Assembly (NCBI GenBank): GCA_044352465.1
Contig: JBILDU010000013.1
Location: forward strand, 1-40,679
Origin: Bdellovibrionota bacterium
GTDB taxonomy: Bacteria; Bdellovibrionota_C; UBA2361
DNA length: 40,679 nucleotides
Direction of reading: 5' to 3'
The notes beneath the pieces are model-generated. The model worked only from the letters and a program-made list of their open reading frames with translations. It had not been told where the DNA came from and did no database searches. Positions 27,706-36,932 of this stretch are shown piece by piece. Within the stretch, counting starts at the first letter, position 1. The number at the start of each line of letters is the position of its first letter. The translations under genes and the position numbers were made by a program.

Positions 27706-28401
27706 TTACAGCGCATCTCCGAGAACGGGAAACTTGAAAGACTGTCCCATGACATCAGCAAGATGGCGCACCCGATCGAAGTAGCGCTCCAACGCCTCGA
27801 TATCACGGCCAACACGTCGGACGAGAAATCCGATCTTCCTTTCTTTCAGGAGAATCCCCCGCTGTCGAGCCATCGAATCGATGAGCCTCGGCATGTCGGA
27901 CTCTGCCGGAGCCACGATGTTACGGCCACATCCAGGGAGAATCCGACTGCGCACATGCTCATCGAAAAGAAACTCATCGATCGGCATTCGACTCAAAAGG
28001 ATAAGGCCCGCTCGGGCAACGCGGAGCTTTTCGACAAATGCCACAAAAGGTCCCGAATCGCCTGGGCGCAGCGTGGCGAGATATTCATGGGCATCATCAA
28101 CCACGATGACATCCTCACCGGTAAAAACATCTGCACCTGAGGAATCGAGGAAGCGCCCTACTTCCGCCCCTTCAAGGAGTCGGGGGAAACGCTGCAGTTT
28201 CGACAAAAGATCAACGAGATAAATTGAAAGGTGGGTCTTGCCCGCTCGACGCCCCCCGGAAACAAAAGCGATCCCAAATGAATCTCGGGCGAAGATACCC
28301 CGACACTCATCAACGACGTCGGAGACCCCGGAGTGCACGCAGAAATTCTCCGAACCGTATCTAACCCGTGTCACGATCTGAAGCGGTAATTGTCGCGTCA
28401 C
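27706..28401 (-). CDS. hda: Hda-like AAA+ protein (DnaA regulatory inactivator family)
   Basis: N-terminal clamp-binding-like QLPLQI, ENF, Walker A-like GGRRAGKTHL, VVDDAH, VRSRI. Confidence 0.7.
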   Translation of the reverse strand: MTRQLPLQIVTRVRYGSENFCVHSGVSDVVDECRGIFARDSFGIAFVSGGRRAGKTHLSIYLVDLLSKLQRFPRLLEGAEVGRFLDSSGADVFTGEDVIVVDDAHEYLATLRPGDSGPFVAFVEKLRVARAGLILLSRMPIDEFLFDEHVRSRILPGCGRNIVAPAESDMPRLIDSMARQRGILLKERKIGFLVRRVGRDIEALERYFDRVRHLADVMGQSFKFPVLGDAL

Positions 28402-28571
28402 TCAACCCTCAACAAAAATATCTTCCTGCTTCGCAAGGCCCCTCGCTCGGGCTGGGGTGAGCCGATTTAAAGCGGGCCTTCGGCACGTTGCTGCAGATAC
28501 CTGCACTTGGCTCCGATATCAGCGCGGATTTCCGGCCCGCCCGCAGAGGAACGAACCGAATGGACGGGGTA

Positions 28572-29861
28572 CTAACATCCCGTGAACATGAAATCTTCTG
28601 GATCCGCAAGCTTCGCCCCGATTCTTGCGCCAAGCAATGACAGCTTCGTTTCAAGCTCTTCGTACCCGCGCCGCAAGTGCTGTGGTTCGGCGATCGTTGT
28701 TGTGCCCTCAGCGGCAAGAGCACCGATCACAAGCGCCGCAGCCGCGCGAATATCGAAAGCCTCAACCGGCGCTCCGGTCAGTCGCTTCACACCCCGAATT
28801 GTAGCGACACGCTCACTGACCTGGATGTCAGCGCCCATGCGACACAACTCCGAAACATGTCCGTACCTTCCTTCAAAGATATTTTCCTCGATCGTACTGG
28901 CACCCTCAGCAACGCACAGCGCCGCCATCAAGGGAGCCTGAATATCGGTCGCGAAGCGCGGAAACGGTCCCGTCGATGCGTTCACCGGTCGGAGAGGCCC
29001 AACCGACTTCACTCCGATCCAGTCTCGCCCGAGCTCTACCTGTAAGCCGAGTGCATCGAGGTACTCAAGGAACTCGCCGAAGAAATGGGGGTCGATACCC
29101 CGGGCGCAGACCTCACCTCCCGTCGCGGCACCGGCCAAAAGATAGGTCGCCGCCTCGATACGATCTCCGATAATATCGACATGCGCTCCGGAAAGCTCCT
29201 CTTTACCGCGGATCACGATAGCATCGGTGCCTGCGCCCTCGATATCGCCTCCCATCGCGTTGATAAAGTCCGCCACCGCGACGATCTCCGGTTCACGCGC
29301 TGCATTTTTAATCACCGTGGTTCCCGGAGTCAGCGCTGCGGCCATAACGATCTGATGGGTTGCCCCAACCGAGGGGAAACGGAGCTCGATGTGAGCAGGT
29401 TTCAATCCGTTCATTGCAGTGGCGAAAACAACACCGTGCTTCACCTTGATGTCAGCGCCCATCTGCCCAAGCCCCGCGAGGTGCATATCGACCGGACGCG
29501 CCCCGATGATATCACCCCCAGGGAGCGCCACACGCGCAGCGCGCCCGCGAGCGAGTAACGGCCCCAAAACCCAGAACGAAGCACGCAGCGCCTTGACCAG
29601 ACTGTAGCTCGCCTCCGTTGCAAGAAGCCGCTCCATCTTCACCGTCGCTCGCCCGGCGGTATACTCGATCTCTCCACCGAGATGCTCGAGTAACCGAAGT
29701 GTCAGATTGATATCCTCGAGGTTTGGTACGTTCGCAAAGGAGCAGCGCTCACCTGTGAGCAACGAGGCCAACAGCAGGGGTAAGCTCGCGTTTTTCGCAC
29801 CACCAACCCGAACCGTCCCCCGCAGCGGGACACCACCAAGAATCTCAATAAATTCAGACAT
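28572..29861 (-). CDS. murA: UDP-N-acetylglucosamine 1-carboxyvinyltransferase (Asp at the catalytic Cys position)
   Basis: GAKNA, LRASFWVLGPLL, LPGGDIIGARPVD, PSVGAT, NAAREPEI, DRIEAAT, IFEGR. Confidence 0.97.
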   Translation of the reverse strand: MSEFIEILGGVPLRGTVRVGGAKNASLPLLLASLLTGERCSFANVPNLEDINLTLRLLEHLGGEIEYTAGRATVKMERLLATEASYSLVKALRASFWVLGPLLARGRAARVALPGGDIIGARPVDMHLAGLGQMGADIKVKHGVVFATAMNGLKPAHIELRFPSVGATHQIVMAAALTPGTTVIKNAAREPEIVAVADFINAMGGDIEGAGTDAIVIRGKEELSGAHVDIIGDRIEAATYLLAGAATGGEVCARGIDPHFFGEFLEYLDALGLQVELGRDWIGVKSVGPLRPVNASTGPFPRFATDIQAPLMAALCVAEGASTIEENIFEGRYGHVSELCRMGADIQVSERVATIRGVKRLTGAPVEAFDIRAAAALVIGALAAEGTTTIAEPQHLRRGYEELETKLSLLGARIGAKLADPEDFMFTGC

Positions 29862-30407
29862 GAAGAGACCTACGCGATTCGCCGATACCTCCCTATTCGT
29901 AACTCTTTTAAGCCCCTGAAGTCAAAAGTGTATCGATCCACCGGACTCAAAAAACACCCCCATCCGAGCAGATACCGAAGCGAGGCGCAGGTATCTGGAG
30001 CGATGGAGAGAAAAGACCCGGGGTTCTCCATAACGAGACTTGGAACGAATTCGCCGCAGGGCAGGAGGCCTACCGGGAACCAGCGCGAGAGCCAGCTATG
30101 AGGTTCCCGAAGGGCCTTCCTCACACGCCTACTCGCACTCCAACCTCACTCCGGACTACGAAAGGAGGCCAGCACTCCCATCGGCGCCCGCCGGCGCAAG
30201 ACACACCCCGCAATATCTGCGCCGTCTTGAGTACTCGACTTCCCAGAGAGGACGACCTGACAGCGGTCGTACACGACCGCAGCGCGCTCATACGCCCGGC
30301 ACAACATTTGCCCTCCTACGGAGGTGCGCTCGATTCGGCGGTTTGCGGAGGAGATGGTGAATCCGACCGTTTTAGCTCGGCGAGCGTTTATCTCAAAGCG
30401 GTGAAAT

Positions 30408-31835
30408 ATGTTGCCTCCCCATACCCCCTCCAAACTAGTCTTGATGTCCGGCCTCGAGCGTCGTCTTGAGCGGGCCCGGGATCACGTCTCTAAACTATGG
30501 TTTCCAGCCGATCCAGAGATCCTGGGGGGGATTCGCGCGGGATTTAAGTCCGGGAACTCCCTCGACTCTGAACTTATCTTCAACCAGATTCGAAACGATT
30601 TTGCGCTCTTTACTTACTGCCTCAAAGGGGTCACGAGGCTGCTCGCCTCTGAACGCGTGGCTCCCCCGAAGGACCTCACCCCGCTCCAGGTGCTCCGCTG
30701 GGCCGGGCTTCCCCGAATCCAAAAGATCTTGTTCGACGGAGAAGAGGAGATCTCATTTCACAATCTCCGCGAGATCAGCGACTTTCAAGCTGCTCGCCTT
30801 AAGGAGGCCCTCGTGAGCGCCTCTGCTGCTGAGGTACTCGCCGAACACGCGGCACTCGACCCCGATACGGGTTACTCTGCGGCGCTTCTCCGCCAACTGG
30901 GTCTCGCCCTCATCGCTTGGAACTATCCCGCGCTCTACCGCCGCAGCCTCGCCGCGAAGGATGGTGGGGGACTCGATGAGGCGCTCGCTCGCGCCCTCGG
31001 GTTTTCTCCGGCGCTCCTCGGGGCGGCGGTTATGCGTGATTGGCCACTTCAAACCGAGGTCCAAGCCGCGGTACTGGAACCGAGTCGAGCAGCGCGCACC
31101 AACTCGCCCGGTAAACTTGAGCATATCTGCCGAATCAGCGAGATGCTGAGCCGCGCGAACGCCCCCGAGCACCATCCGAGCGCGGCGGCGGATTGGCAGC
31201 AGGCTCAGCGCGAGATTCGCACCGCACTGGGCGCTGAGGGACTCGAATTGATTCAGCTGCGCGCTGAGACCCATGGAAAGCACTATGCCGACCTCGCCGT
31301 CGTCGGGCTCGAAGACATCGTGACGATCGAGCCGGCTCGACGGGTGCACACTCATACCGGAACCGCGCTCGTCCGCAATAATCGCCATATCAAGAGCTGC
31401 CCCCCACTCCTCGGACGTAAACTGCGAGACCTCTACGGTGATATCGTTCCAGGACGGATCGACCGAGCGAACATCAACACCCTCATCCGCGAGATTATCC
31501 CTAGCGCCGGATTCAGCGCCGGAGCGATCTATATCCTTGATCCGATCGAGCTTCGACTTATCCCACGAATGAAGATCGGGGAGCCGCAACGGCGAAGCCT
31601 CATCCCCCTCGCCGTCACCGGAACCGGGGATCCGATCATGACCGCTTTCCAGTGCCGAGCTCCGGTTCAAGACAGCACTGGAGATGGCGTGGCAATCCTC
31701 GCGGGCAGCATCGGCGAAGAGAATCGCGCCGGGGTTATATACCTCGAATTCCCTCAGATTCTCGCGTCGAGCCCCCGAGTCCTGACCGCTTTTAAGGCGA
31801 TTCGAAAGGCCCTCGATGACTGTTTGGGTTTGTAG
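30408..31835 (+). CDS. HDOD-like domain protein with divergent C-terminal (GAF-like) region
   Basis: IRNDFALFTYCL, AEVLAEHAALDPDTGYSAALLRQLG, LGAAVMRDWPL match the HDOD pattern. Confidence 0.7.
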   Translation: MLPPHTPSKLVLMSGLERRLERARDHVSKLWFPADPEILGGIRAGFKSGNSLDSELIFNQIRNDFALFTYCLKGVTRLLASERVAPPKDLTPLQVLRWAGLPRIQKILFDGEEEISFHNLREISDFQAARLKEALVSASAAEVLAEHAALDPDTGYSAALLRQLGLALIAWNYPALYRRSLAAKDGGGLDEALARALGFSPALLGAAVMRDWPLQTEVQAAVLEPSRAARTNSPGKLEHICRISEMLSRANAPEHHPSAAADWQQAQREIRTALGAEGLELIQLRAETHGKHYADLAVVGLEDIVTIEPARRVHTHTGTALVRNNRHIKSCPPLLGRKLRDLYGDIVPGRIDRANINTLIREIIPSAGFSAGAIYILDPIELRLIPRMKIGEPQRRSLIPLAVTGTGDPIMTAFQCRAPVQDSTGDGVAILAGSIGEENRAGVIYLEFPQILASSPRVLTAFKAIRKALDDCLGL

Positions 31836-31837
31836 CG

Positions 31838-32161
31838 TCAGCGACGCTGCTGCCTTGCCTCAGCTCGCTCTCGATCAATCCGCTCCATAATCTTCCGCGC
31901 CCGCGGGGTGTCGATCTTTCGTAGGGCGTAGGCAGCCGCGCTTTGCACACCGACGTTGTCGTCGTACAAGAGCTGGGCGAGTAACGGGACCGCCTGGTCA
32001 GCCTTCGCGCCACAACGGGCGAGTTTCAGCGCCGCCTGATTGCGATCTTTAGCCACCGCGCTATTGAGCTTGGCGACATTACGAGGGATGTCTTCATCAC
32101 GACAGCACCCCCCGAGACCGAGTATCAATCCAACGACAAACAAGCGTACCCACATGCCCAC
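31838..32161 (-). CDS. HEAT-repeat lipoprotein
   Basis: Lipobox LGGC; AVPLLAQLLYDDNVGVQSAAAYALRKI. Confidence 0.82.
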   Translation of the reverse strand: MGMWVRLFVVGLILGLGGCCRDEDIPRNVAKLNSAVAKDRNQAALKLARCGAKADQAVPLLAQLLYDDNVGVQSAAAYALRKIDTPRARKIMERIDRERAEARQQRR

Positions 32162-32275
32162 CAGTTTACTTTAGCCCGGGGTTTCCCGCAGCTTAACTTT
32201 ATCCTCTCCGGGCTATGCCGCAGGGTGCGCATTTGAGACCGCGGCTACTTTGAAATACCGCGCGAGCACGATAGG

Positions 32276-33139
32276 ATGGTGACGATGCGCCCGAAAAGAG
32301 CTCCCCCACGACCGACGCTCCCCCCTCGCTTGAAGCCGATCGGCTTTATTCATTCCGATTTTTCGACGAAGTTTTCAGCACCGCACCAGCCCGATATGCG
32401 GAAGGGGGGCACCAGCACTATCGAACTACTCCCACAGCACAACTTCGAGCAGGCGCTGCGAGACCTCGCTGGATTTTCCCATGTGTGGCTCGTGTGGTGG
32501 TTCCATGAGAATCCGGGGTGGAAGCCCCTCGTCCGCCCACCGCGGGGGCCGGCGATCAAGCGGGGAGTATTCGCAACCCGCTCGCCCCATCGACCGAATC
32601 CGCTGGGACTCACGGCGGTGGAATTACGCGCGGTCAAGGGTCGCATCCTTACCATCGGTCCGTGCGACCTCCTCGACGGTACGCCGATTCTCGATATTAA
32701 GCCGTATATACCGGAGGTAGACTCTTTTCCGCATGCTTCGACCGGCTGGCTTGGGTCGATCTCAACCGCGCCACGCTACTCCGTGAGCTTTGCAACTCAA
32801 GCGGAGGAGCAGATAGCGTGGCTCCGTGAACATTTCCAGGTCGACTTCATCGACCGGGTAACTCAGCTTCTTGAAGTCGATCCAACTCCTCACCGTACCC
32901 GACGAATCTTAGCGACACCCAACGGTTTCCGGATGGGGTGCGGTGGCTGGCGGGTGAATTTCACCGTGAAAGGCGCAGCGGTCCTCATTGAAGATATCAC
33001 GCCGGGGTATCCGTTGAGCTACTTGGAGGATAGTTCGCTCACGAAAATCCCGGATCGCTCAGCCCAGCGGGCTTTTCACACACGGTGGAGTCAACCGGTG
33101 GAGACCCCGACGACGCGTCGAAACCGTAAACGCCGGTGA
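32276..33139 (+). CDS. trmO: tRNA t6A37 N6-methyltransferase TrmO (TsaA)
   Basis: FSHVWLVWWFH, GVFATRSPHRPNPLG, DLLDGTPILDIKPY. Confidence 0.93.
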   Translation: MVTMRPKRAPPRPTLPPRLKPIGFIHSDFSTKFSAPHQPDMRKGGTSTIELLPQHNFEQALRDLAGFSHVWLVWWFHENPGWKPLVRPPRGPAIKRGVFATRSPHRPNPLGLTAVELRAVKGRILTIGPCDLLDGTPILDIKPYIPEVDSFPHASTGWLGSISTAPRYSVSFATQAEEQIAWLREHFQVDFIDRVTQLLEVDPTPHRTRRILATPNGFRMGCGGWRVNFTVKGAAVLIEDITPGYPLSYLEDSSLTKIPDRSAQRAFHTRWSQPVETPTTRRNRKRR

Positions 33140-33167
33140 ACTCCACCGGTCGCCGCAGCTCCTCGCC

Positions 33168-33842
33168 TCAAAAGGCGTCGCTCACAAATCGACGAGCTAC
33201 CAGATCCGCATTCAAGCCGCGCGCCCGAGCAGCACGTTTCGGGCTCCGTTCGATACCCAGCGCCCGAAGTCCAAGGGCATTCGCTACCGCCAGCATACTC
33301 CCCTGACCGCAGAAAGGGTTCACCACGGTCCGAGTGGTGGTGCGCTCCTTAATAAACTCACCGATAACTTGGCAAACCTCGAAGCCCATACCTCGTTCCC
33401 AGGTCTTATCTCCCAACTCAGCCAAGACGTCCGCGGTCGCATGCTCAAGTGCCGGACGAACCGTCTCCCCAAAACACAAAAGATGCCCGTATCCCGGGCG
33501 ACCGAACGTGGCCTGACCTGGTCGAGCCCGACAGGCGATCTTGTGCCAGAGAAGTGGGCGGTGAAGACGGGCTGCCGCCCGCTGGCAAAGGTACCCTTTA
33601 TCGACCCAGATCCCCTCAACTTTGATATCGGTCTGATAAAATATCGTCACTCCCTCTGGTGGTGTCGCCCCGAATACAGCGGCGGCCGTCGCCTCGAACC
33701 ACTCGCTCCATTCACTGAGCGACTTTCCCGGGAACTCCGATATATCAGGGATCGACGCGACGACCGAGACTCCGGAGAGACGGTTTCGCCCCAACCACTC
33801 GACCGCATCTCCAACGATAACTTCCCTTAACTCAGAATTCAC
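33168..33842 (-). CDS. SAM-dependent methyltransferase (N4/N6 DNA MTase-like layout)
   Basis: Motif I VVNPFCGQGS near the C-terminus, N-terminal GDAVEWL and VVASIPD. Confidence 0.72.
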   Translation of the reverse strand: MNSELREVIVGDAVEWLGRNRLSGVSVVASIPDISEFPGKSLSEWSEWFEATAAAVFGATPPEGVTIFYQTDIKVEGIWVDKGYLCQRAAARLHRPLLWHKIACRARPGQATFGRPGYGHLLCFGETVRPALEHATADVLAELGDKTWERGMGFEVCQVIGEFIKERTTTRTVVNPFCGQGSMLAVANALGLRALGIERSPKRAARARGLNADLVARRFVSDAF

Positions 33843-34005
33843 CTGACACCAGCTCTCGTATTAAATCCACCGTATCTTCAGCGTGCGATCTCACCGGGAT
33901 GGAACTTTTTGAGCAAGTCCCCACTCGTGCGGGCGTCGGAGAGTCCGTCAAACTGAGCGGAAATAGCCGCTTGCAATCGTCAAAAAACGACGAAGCGTTC
34001 TTTTC

Positions 34006-34500
34006 TCATAAACCTGCGAGCAGAGCCCGCAATCCGTCCGGGGTAAGCGCGAGAATCGAACGATTACGGAATCGATCATCTTCCGTCACCTCACAAACAC
34101 ACCACGATGGCGCGAGAAAAGAACGACTCGCCTCCACCGATTCAAATTCGATCTCCGCTACGATCAGACCGTTCAAATCGCCCCCATAGACGTCAACTTC
34201 GAGTTTTCTCCCATCGATGGGGAACGTATAACGCCGCTTCTCCAGTCGGCAGCTGAGCGTTGCGGGCCACAACGCCTCGTACTGCGCCGCCGTAAGTTCA
34301 ATTTCGGTCTCACGACGAACAAGACCAAAGCCACTCTTGACCGTGAGTGTCCGCCGTTCCCCTGCCTGCCGCACCCGCACTTCACCACCACCATCCCCCA
34401 GAGCAAGATATCCCTGAGCAATGTCGACGTAAGCAAGCGCTGCAAGAGCCGGGGGCTTCACGACTAGAAAACGTCTCTCGATTTCAACACCCACCAGCAC
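34006..34500 (-). CDS. CYTH (triphosphate tunnel metalloenzyme) domain protein
   Basis: EIERRFLV, IAQGYL, VRVR, EKRRY, VAEIEF. Confidence 0.92.
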   Translation of the reverse strand: MLVGVEIERRFLVVKPPALAALAYVDIAQGYLALGDGGGEVRVRQAGERRTLTVKSGFGLVRRETEIELTAAQYEALWPATLSCRLEKRRYTFPIDGRKLEVDVYGGDLNGLIVAEIEFESVEASRSFLAPSWCVCEVTEDDRFRNRSILALTPDGLRALLAGL

Positions 34501-34509
34501 CGATCCTAT

Positions 34510-35241
34510 TTATTGATCCTGCACCCCGGAGTCGACCGCGCGCCGCAACTTCTCCAGTTTCTCCGGTGTTCCCACATCCACCCACAGAGCCTCATCACAA
34601 CGGAAAGCGTCGAGACGCTCCCCCGCTTTGGCTCCGCGCATATAGGTTGTAATGATCGAGAAATCACCGCTATCGAGCTCCAAAAATTCAAATATACGGG
34701 GCGAAACGACCTGAATGCCCGCGAAAGCAAGACGTTCAACCCCCTCGCTCCCCCCCGGTAAACGATCGTGATGTCCGCCTTGATTCTCCCATCCCACCAA
34801 CTCACCTGAACGGGCAAAGAGCAAAGCTCGGGAGGTATCCCGGCGCATCACCGCTAGGGTCGCCAAAGACTCCGGGCGATGCGCTCGCATCAGCGCTGTC
34901 AGATCGAGATCGGAGAAGATATCGGCGTTGTGAACGAAGAACGGTTCAGACGGATTAAGTAAGGTGCGCGCATGCTTTAACCCTCCCCCTGTTCCCAATA
35001 AGGTGCTCTCCGGAGAGACCGTTACCTTCACTGGCAAAGCGGTATCGGCCAAAAACGCCTCCACCTTCTCACGCAAGTGATGCACGTTCACCACAACATC
35101 GGTCACTCCCGCCGCAGCGAGCCGCTCCAGCACCCAGCCCAACATCGGCTTGCCCCCGACCTCGACCAGGCACTTTGGGGTTGTACGAGAGATTGCGCCA
35201 AGCCGGGTGCCAAGCCCCGCGGCGAAGACCATCGCCTTCAT
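34510..35241 (-). CDS. Nucleotidyltransferase, MurU-like
   Basis: MKAMVFAAGLGTRL, PKCL, LGTGGGL, HNAD, WVDVGTPE; operon context with an AmgK-like kinase. Confidence 0.85.
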   Translation of the reverse strand: MKAMVFAAGLGTRLGAISRTTPKCLVEVGGKPMLGWVLERLAAAGVTDVVVNVHHLREKVEAFLADTALPVKVTVSPESTLLGTGGGLKHARTLLNPSEPFFVHNADIFSDLDLTALMRAHRPESLATLAVMRRDTSRALLFARSGELVGWENQGGHHDRLPGGSEGVERLAFAGIQVVSPRIFEFLELDSGDFSIITTYMRGAKAGERLDAFRCDEALWVDVGTPEKLEKLRRAVDSGVQDQ

Positions 35242-35245
35242 ACCT

Positions 35246-35671
35246 TTACGGCTCAGTCAGAGGAGGGAGACGCTTCTCCAGGCCAAGATGCCGCACCGGA
35301 GCGGCCACCATCATCGCTTTGCTCAGATGCCGGGACATCGACTCCGCCATGTACACCGAGCGATGCTGCCCTCCGGTACACCCGAACGACACCATCAAAT
35401 TTTGGAAATCCCGCGCCAAATAGTTCGTCACCGCCTGCTCAACGATGGCGGTGCAGTGCTGAAAGAACCCTTCGACCTCCGGTCGCGCACGGAAGTAGTC
35501 AACGACTTCGCGATCGAGCCCCGTTAACTCCATGAACGCAGCCTGCCGGCCGGGATTTGGTAGACAGCGGCAGTCGAACACGAAGCCACCACCATCAACC
35601 CCGGTGAACTGAGGTCCCCCATGTTTATATGAAAAACTGAACAAAGTGACGGTAAAAGTCGATGTCTTCAC
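35246..35671 (-). CDS. Stand-alone RapZ C-terminal-like domain protein
   Basis: SFSYKHG, FVFDCRCLPNP, LTGLD, FGCTGGQHRSV. Confidence 0.88.
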   Translation of the reverse strand: MKTSTFTVTLFSFSYKHGGPQFTGVDGGGFVFDCRCLPNPGRQAAFMELTGLDREVVDYFRARPEVEGFFQHCTAIVEQAVTNYLARDFQNLMVSFGCTGGQHRSVYMAESMSRHLSKAMMVAAPVRHLGLEKRLPPLTEP

Positions 35672-36687
35672 CCGCGCTCCTCCGCAAGATACATTTCACA
35701 CAACACGTCGACGATACGCTCGAATTCCGGCAGCTCCCCGAGCAACGGGGTATCCCCTGAGAGAGCCCGCAAGTTACGCAGCGCCGGCGGAATACTCTCT
35801 ACGAAATACGGCTTTTTCAGGTGGAGTCCCTGCTCTCCGTACGTCCCGAGAACCTGCAACAACCGCACGAGGACGAAGCCGTAAAAATGCTCCTGAAACC
35901 TGACCCGATCGATCGGCGCATACCGACTCGCGGCGAGCAGATACGCCTCGAGAATACGACGACGCGCCTCGGCCGGAATCTTCGCCTTCGCCTGATAGAG
36001 GAGCGAAGCGACATCGTACTGTAACGGACCTTTGCGGCCCCCCTGATAGTCGATAAAAAACAGTGCGCCGTTTCGCACCATGATGTTACGCGATTGGAAG
36101 TCGCGATACATGAAGAACCCGGTCGGAGCTCCCGCGAGAAAATCGGTGAGTCTCTCAAAATCCGACTCAAGTCGCGCTTCATCGAAAGCAACCCCAGCGC
36201 GACGCACGAAGCTCTCGCGAAAGAAATGCATATCCCACAACATCGATTCACGGTCGTACGAACGACGCGGATGACAGAAGTCGTAATTGAGGCTCGCTCC
36301 CGCTACGATCTGAAAACGGGTCAACAGCGCGACCGCCTCGACGTAGAGCTGTTCGATCGCCGCCGGAAAAGGGTCGCTCTCCGTTCGGGCGGCTGAAAGC
36401 GCATCATACAGGGTCGAGTCCCCGAGATCCTCCTCGAGGTAGATCCCCAGATCGAGGTCCACCCCGTAGATCTCCGGCACGGGCAACCCAACATTCTTAA
36501 AATGTTCACTAAACTCAACAAAGGCTCGGTTCTCGAATCGATTTGGATTGGCGATGCCGATGACCGACCGCTCTGAACCGAAGAGACGAAACATCCGTCG
36601 ATTCGAGGCATGGGCGTTGAGCGGCACGACCGAGTGCGGGTCCTCCCCGAAGGTTGCCCGATAAAGCGTTATGAGAGGCTCATGCAT
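35668..36687 (-). CDS. APH-family phosphotransferase, AmgK-like anomeric MurNAc/GlcNAc kinase
   Basis: ASNRRMFR, EDLGD, YRDFQSRNIM, IDYQG, YDVASLL. Confidence 0.85.
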   Translation of the reverse strand: MHEPLITLYRATFGEDPHSVVPLNAHASNRRMFRLFGSERSVIGIANPNRFENRAFVEFSEHFKNVGLPVPEIYGVDLDLGIYLEEDLGDSTLYDALSAARTESDPFPAAIEQLYVEAVALLTRFQIVAGASLNYDFCHPRRSYDRESMLWDMHFFRESFVRRAGVAFDEARLESDFERLTDFLAGAPTGFFMYRDFQSRNIMVRNGALFFIDYQGGRKGPLQYDVASLLYQAKAKIPAEARRRILEAYLLAASRYAPIDRVRFQEHFYGFVLVRLLQVLGTYGEQGLHLKKPYFVESIPPALRNLRALSGDTPLLGELPEFERIVDVLCEMYLAEERG

Positions 36688-36932
36688 ACTGGCGCGATAA
36701 GTGTCGAAGAGTGGGGCGAAAAACCCTTTAATAATAAAAAGTTAGGCGAATTATATCGCTACGGCCCAACAGAGACCATTCCCGCGCTAAGGCCCAAAAC
36801 CAGCCCTCTCGCCGCCCGTTCGTGGGACATGAGAGCTTGTTCATGGTCATACAGTGAAACAAAAAGCTCCCAGAGCTCAAGAATACCAATTATTTCAACG
36901 TTTAAGGAAGGTGAATCTTTCGTGAGGCCTTC

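Noticed and set aside
30753..31670. 305-aa minus-strand ORF (likewise 37020-37922)
   Set aside because: Antisense shadows of the HDOD gene and fliG
32770..33010. RelE-like toxin domain at the TrmO C-terminus
   Set aside because: Matches the position and pattern of the normal TrmO C-terminal domain; no antitoxin gene
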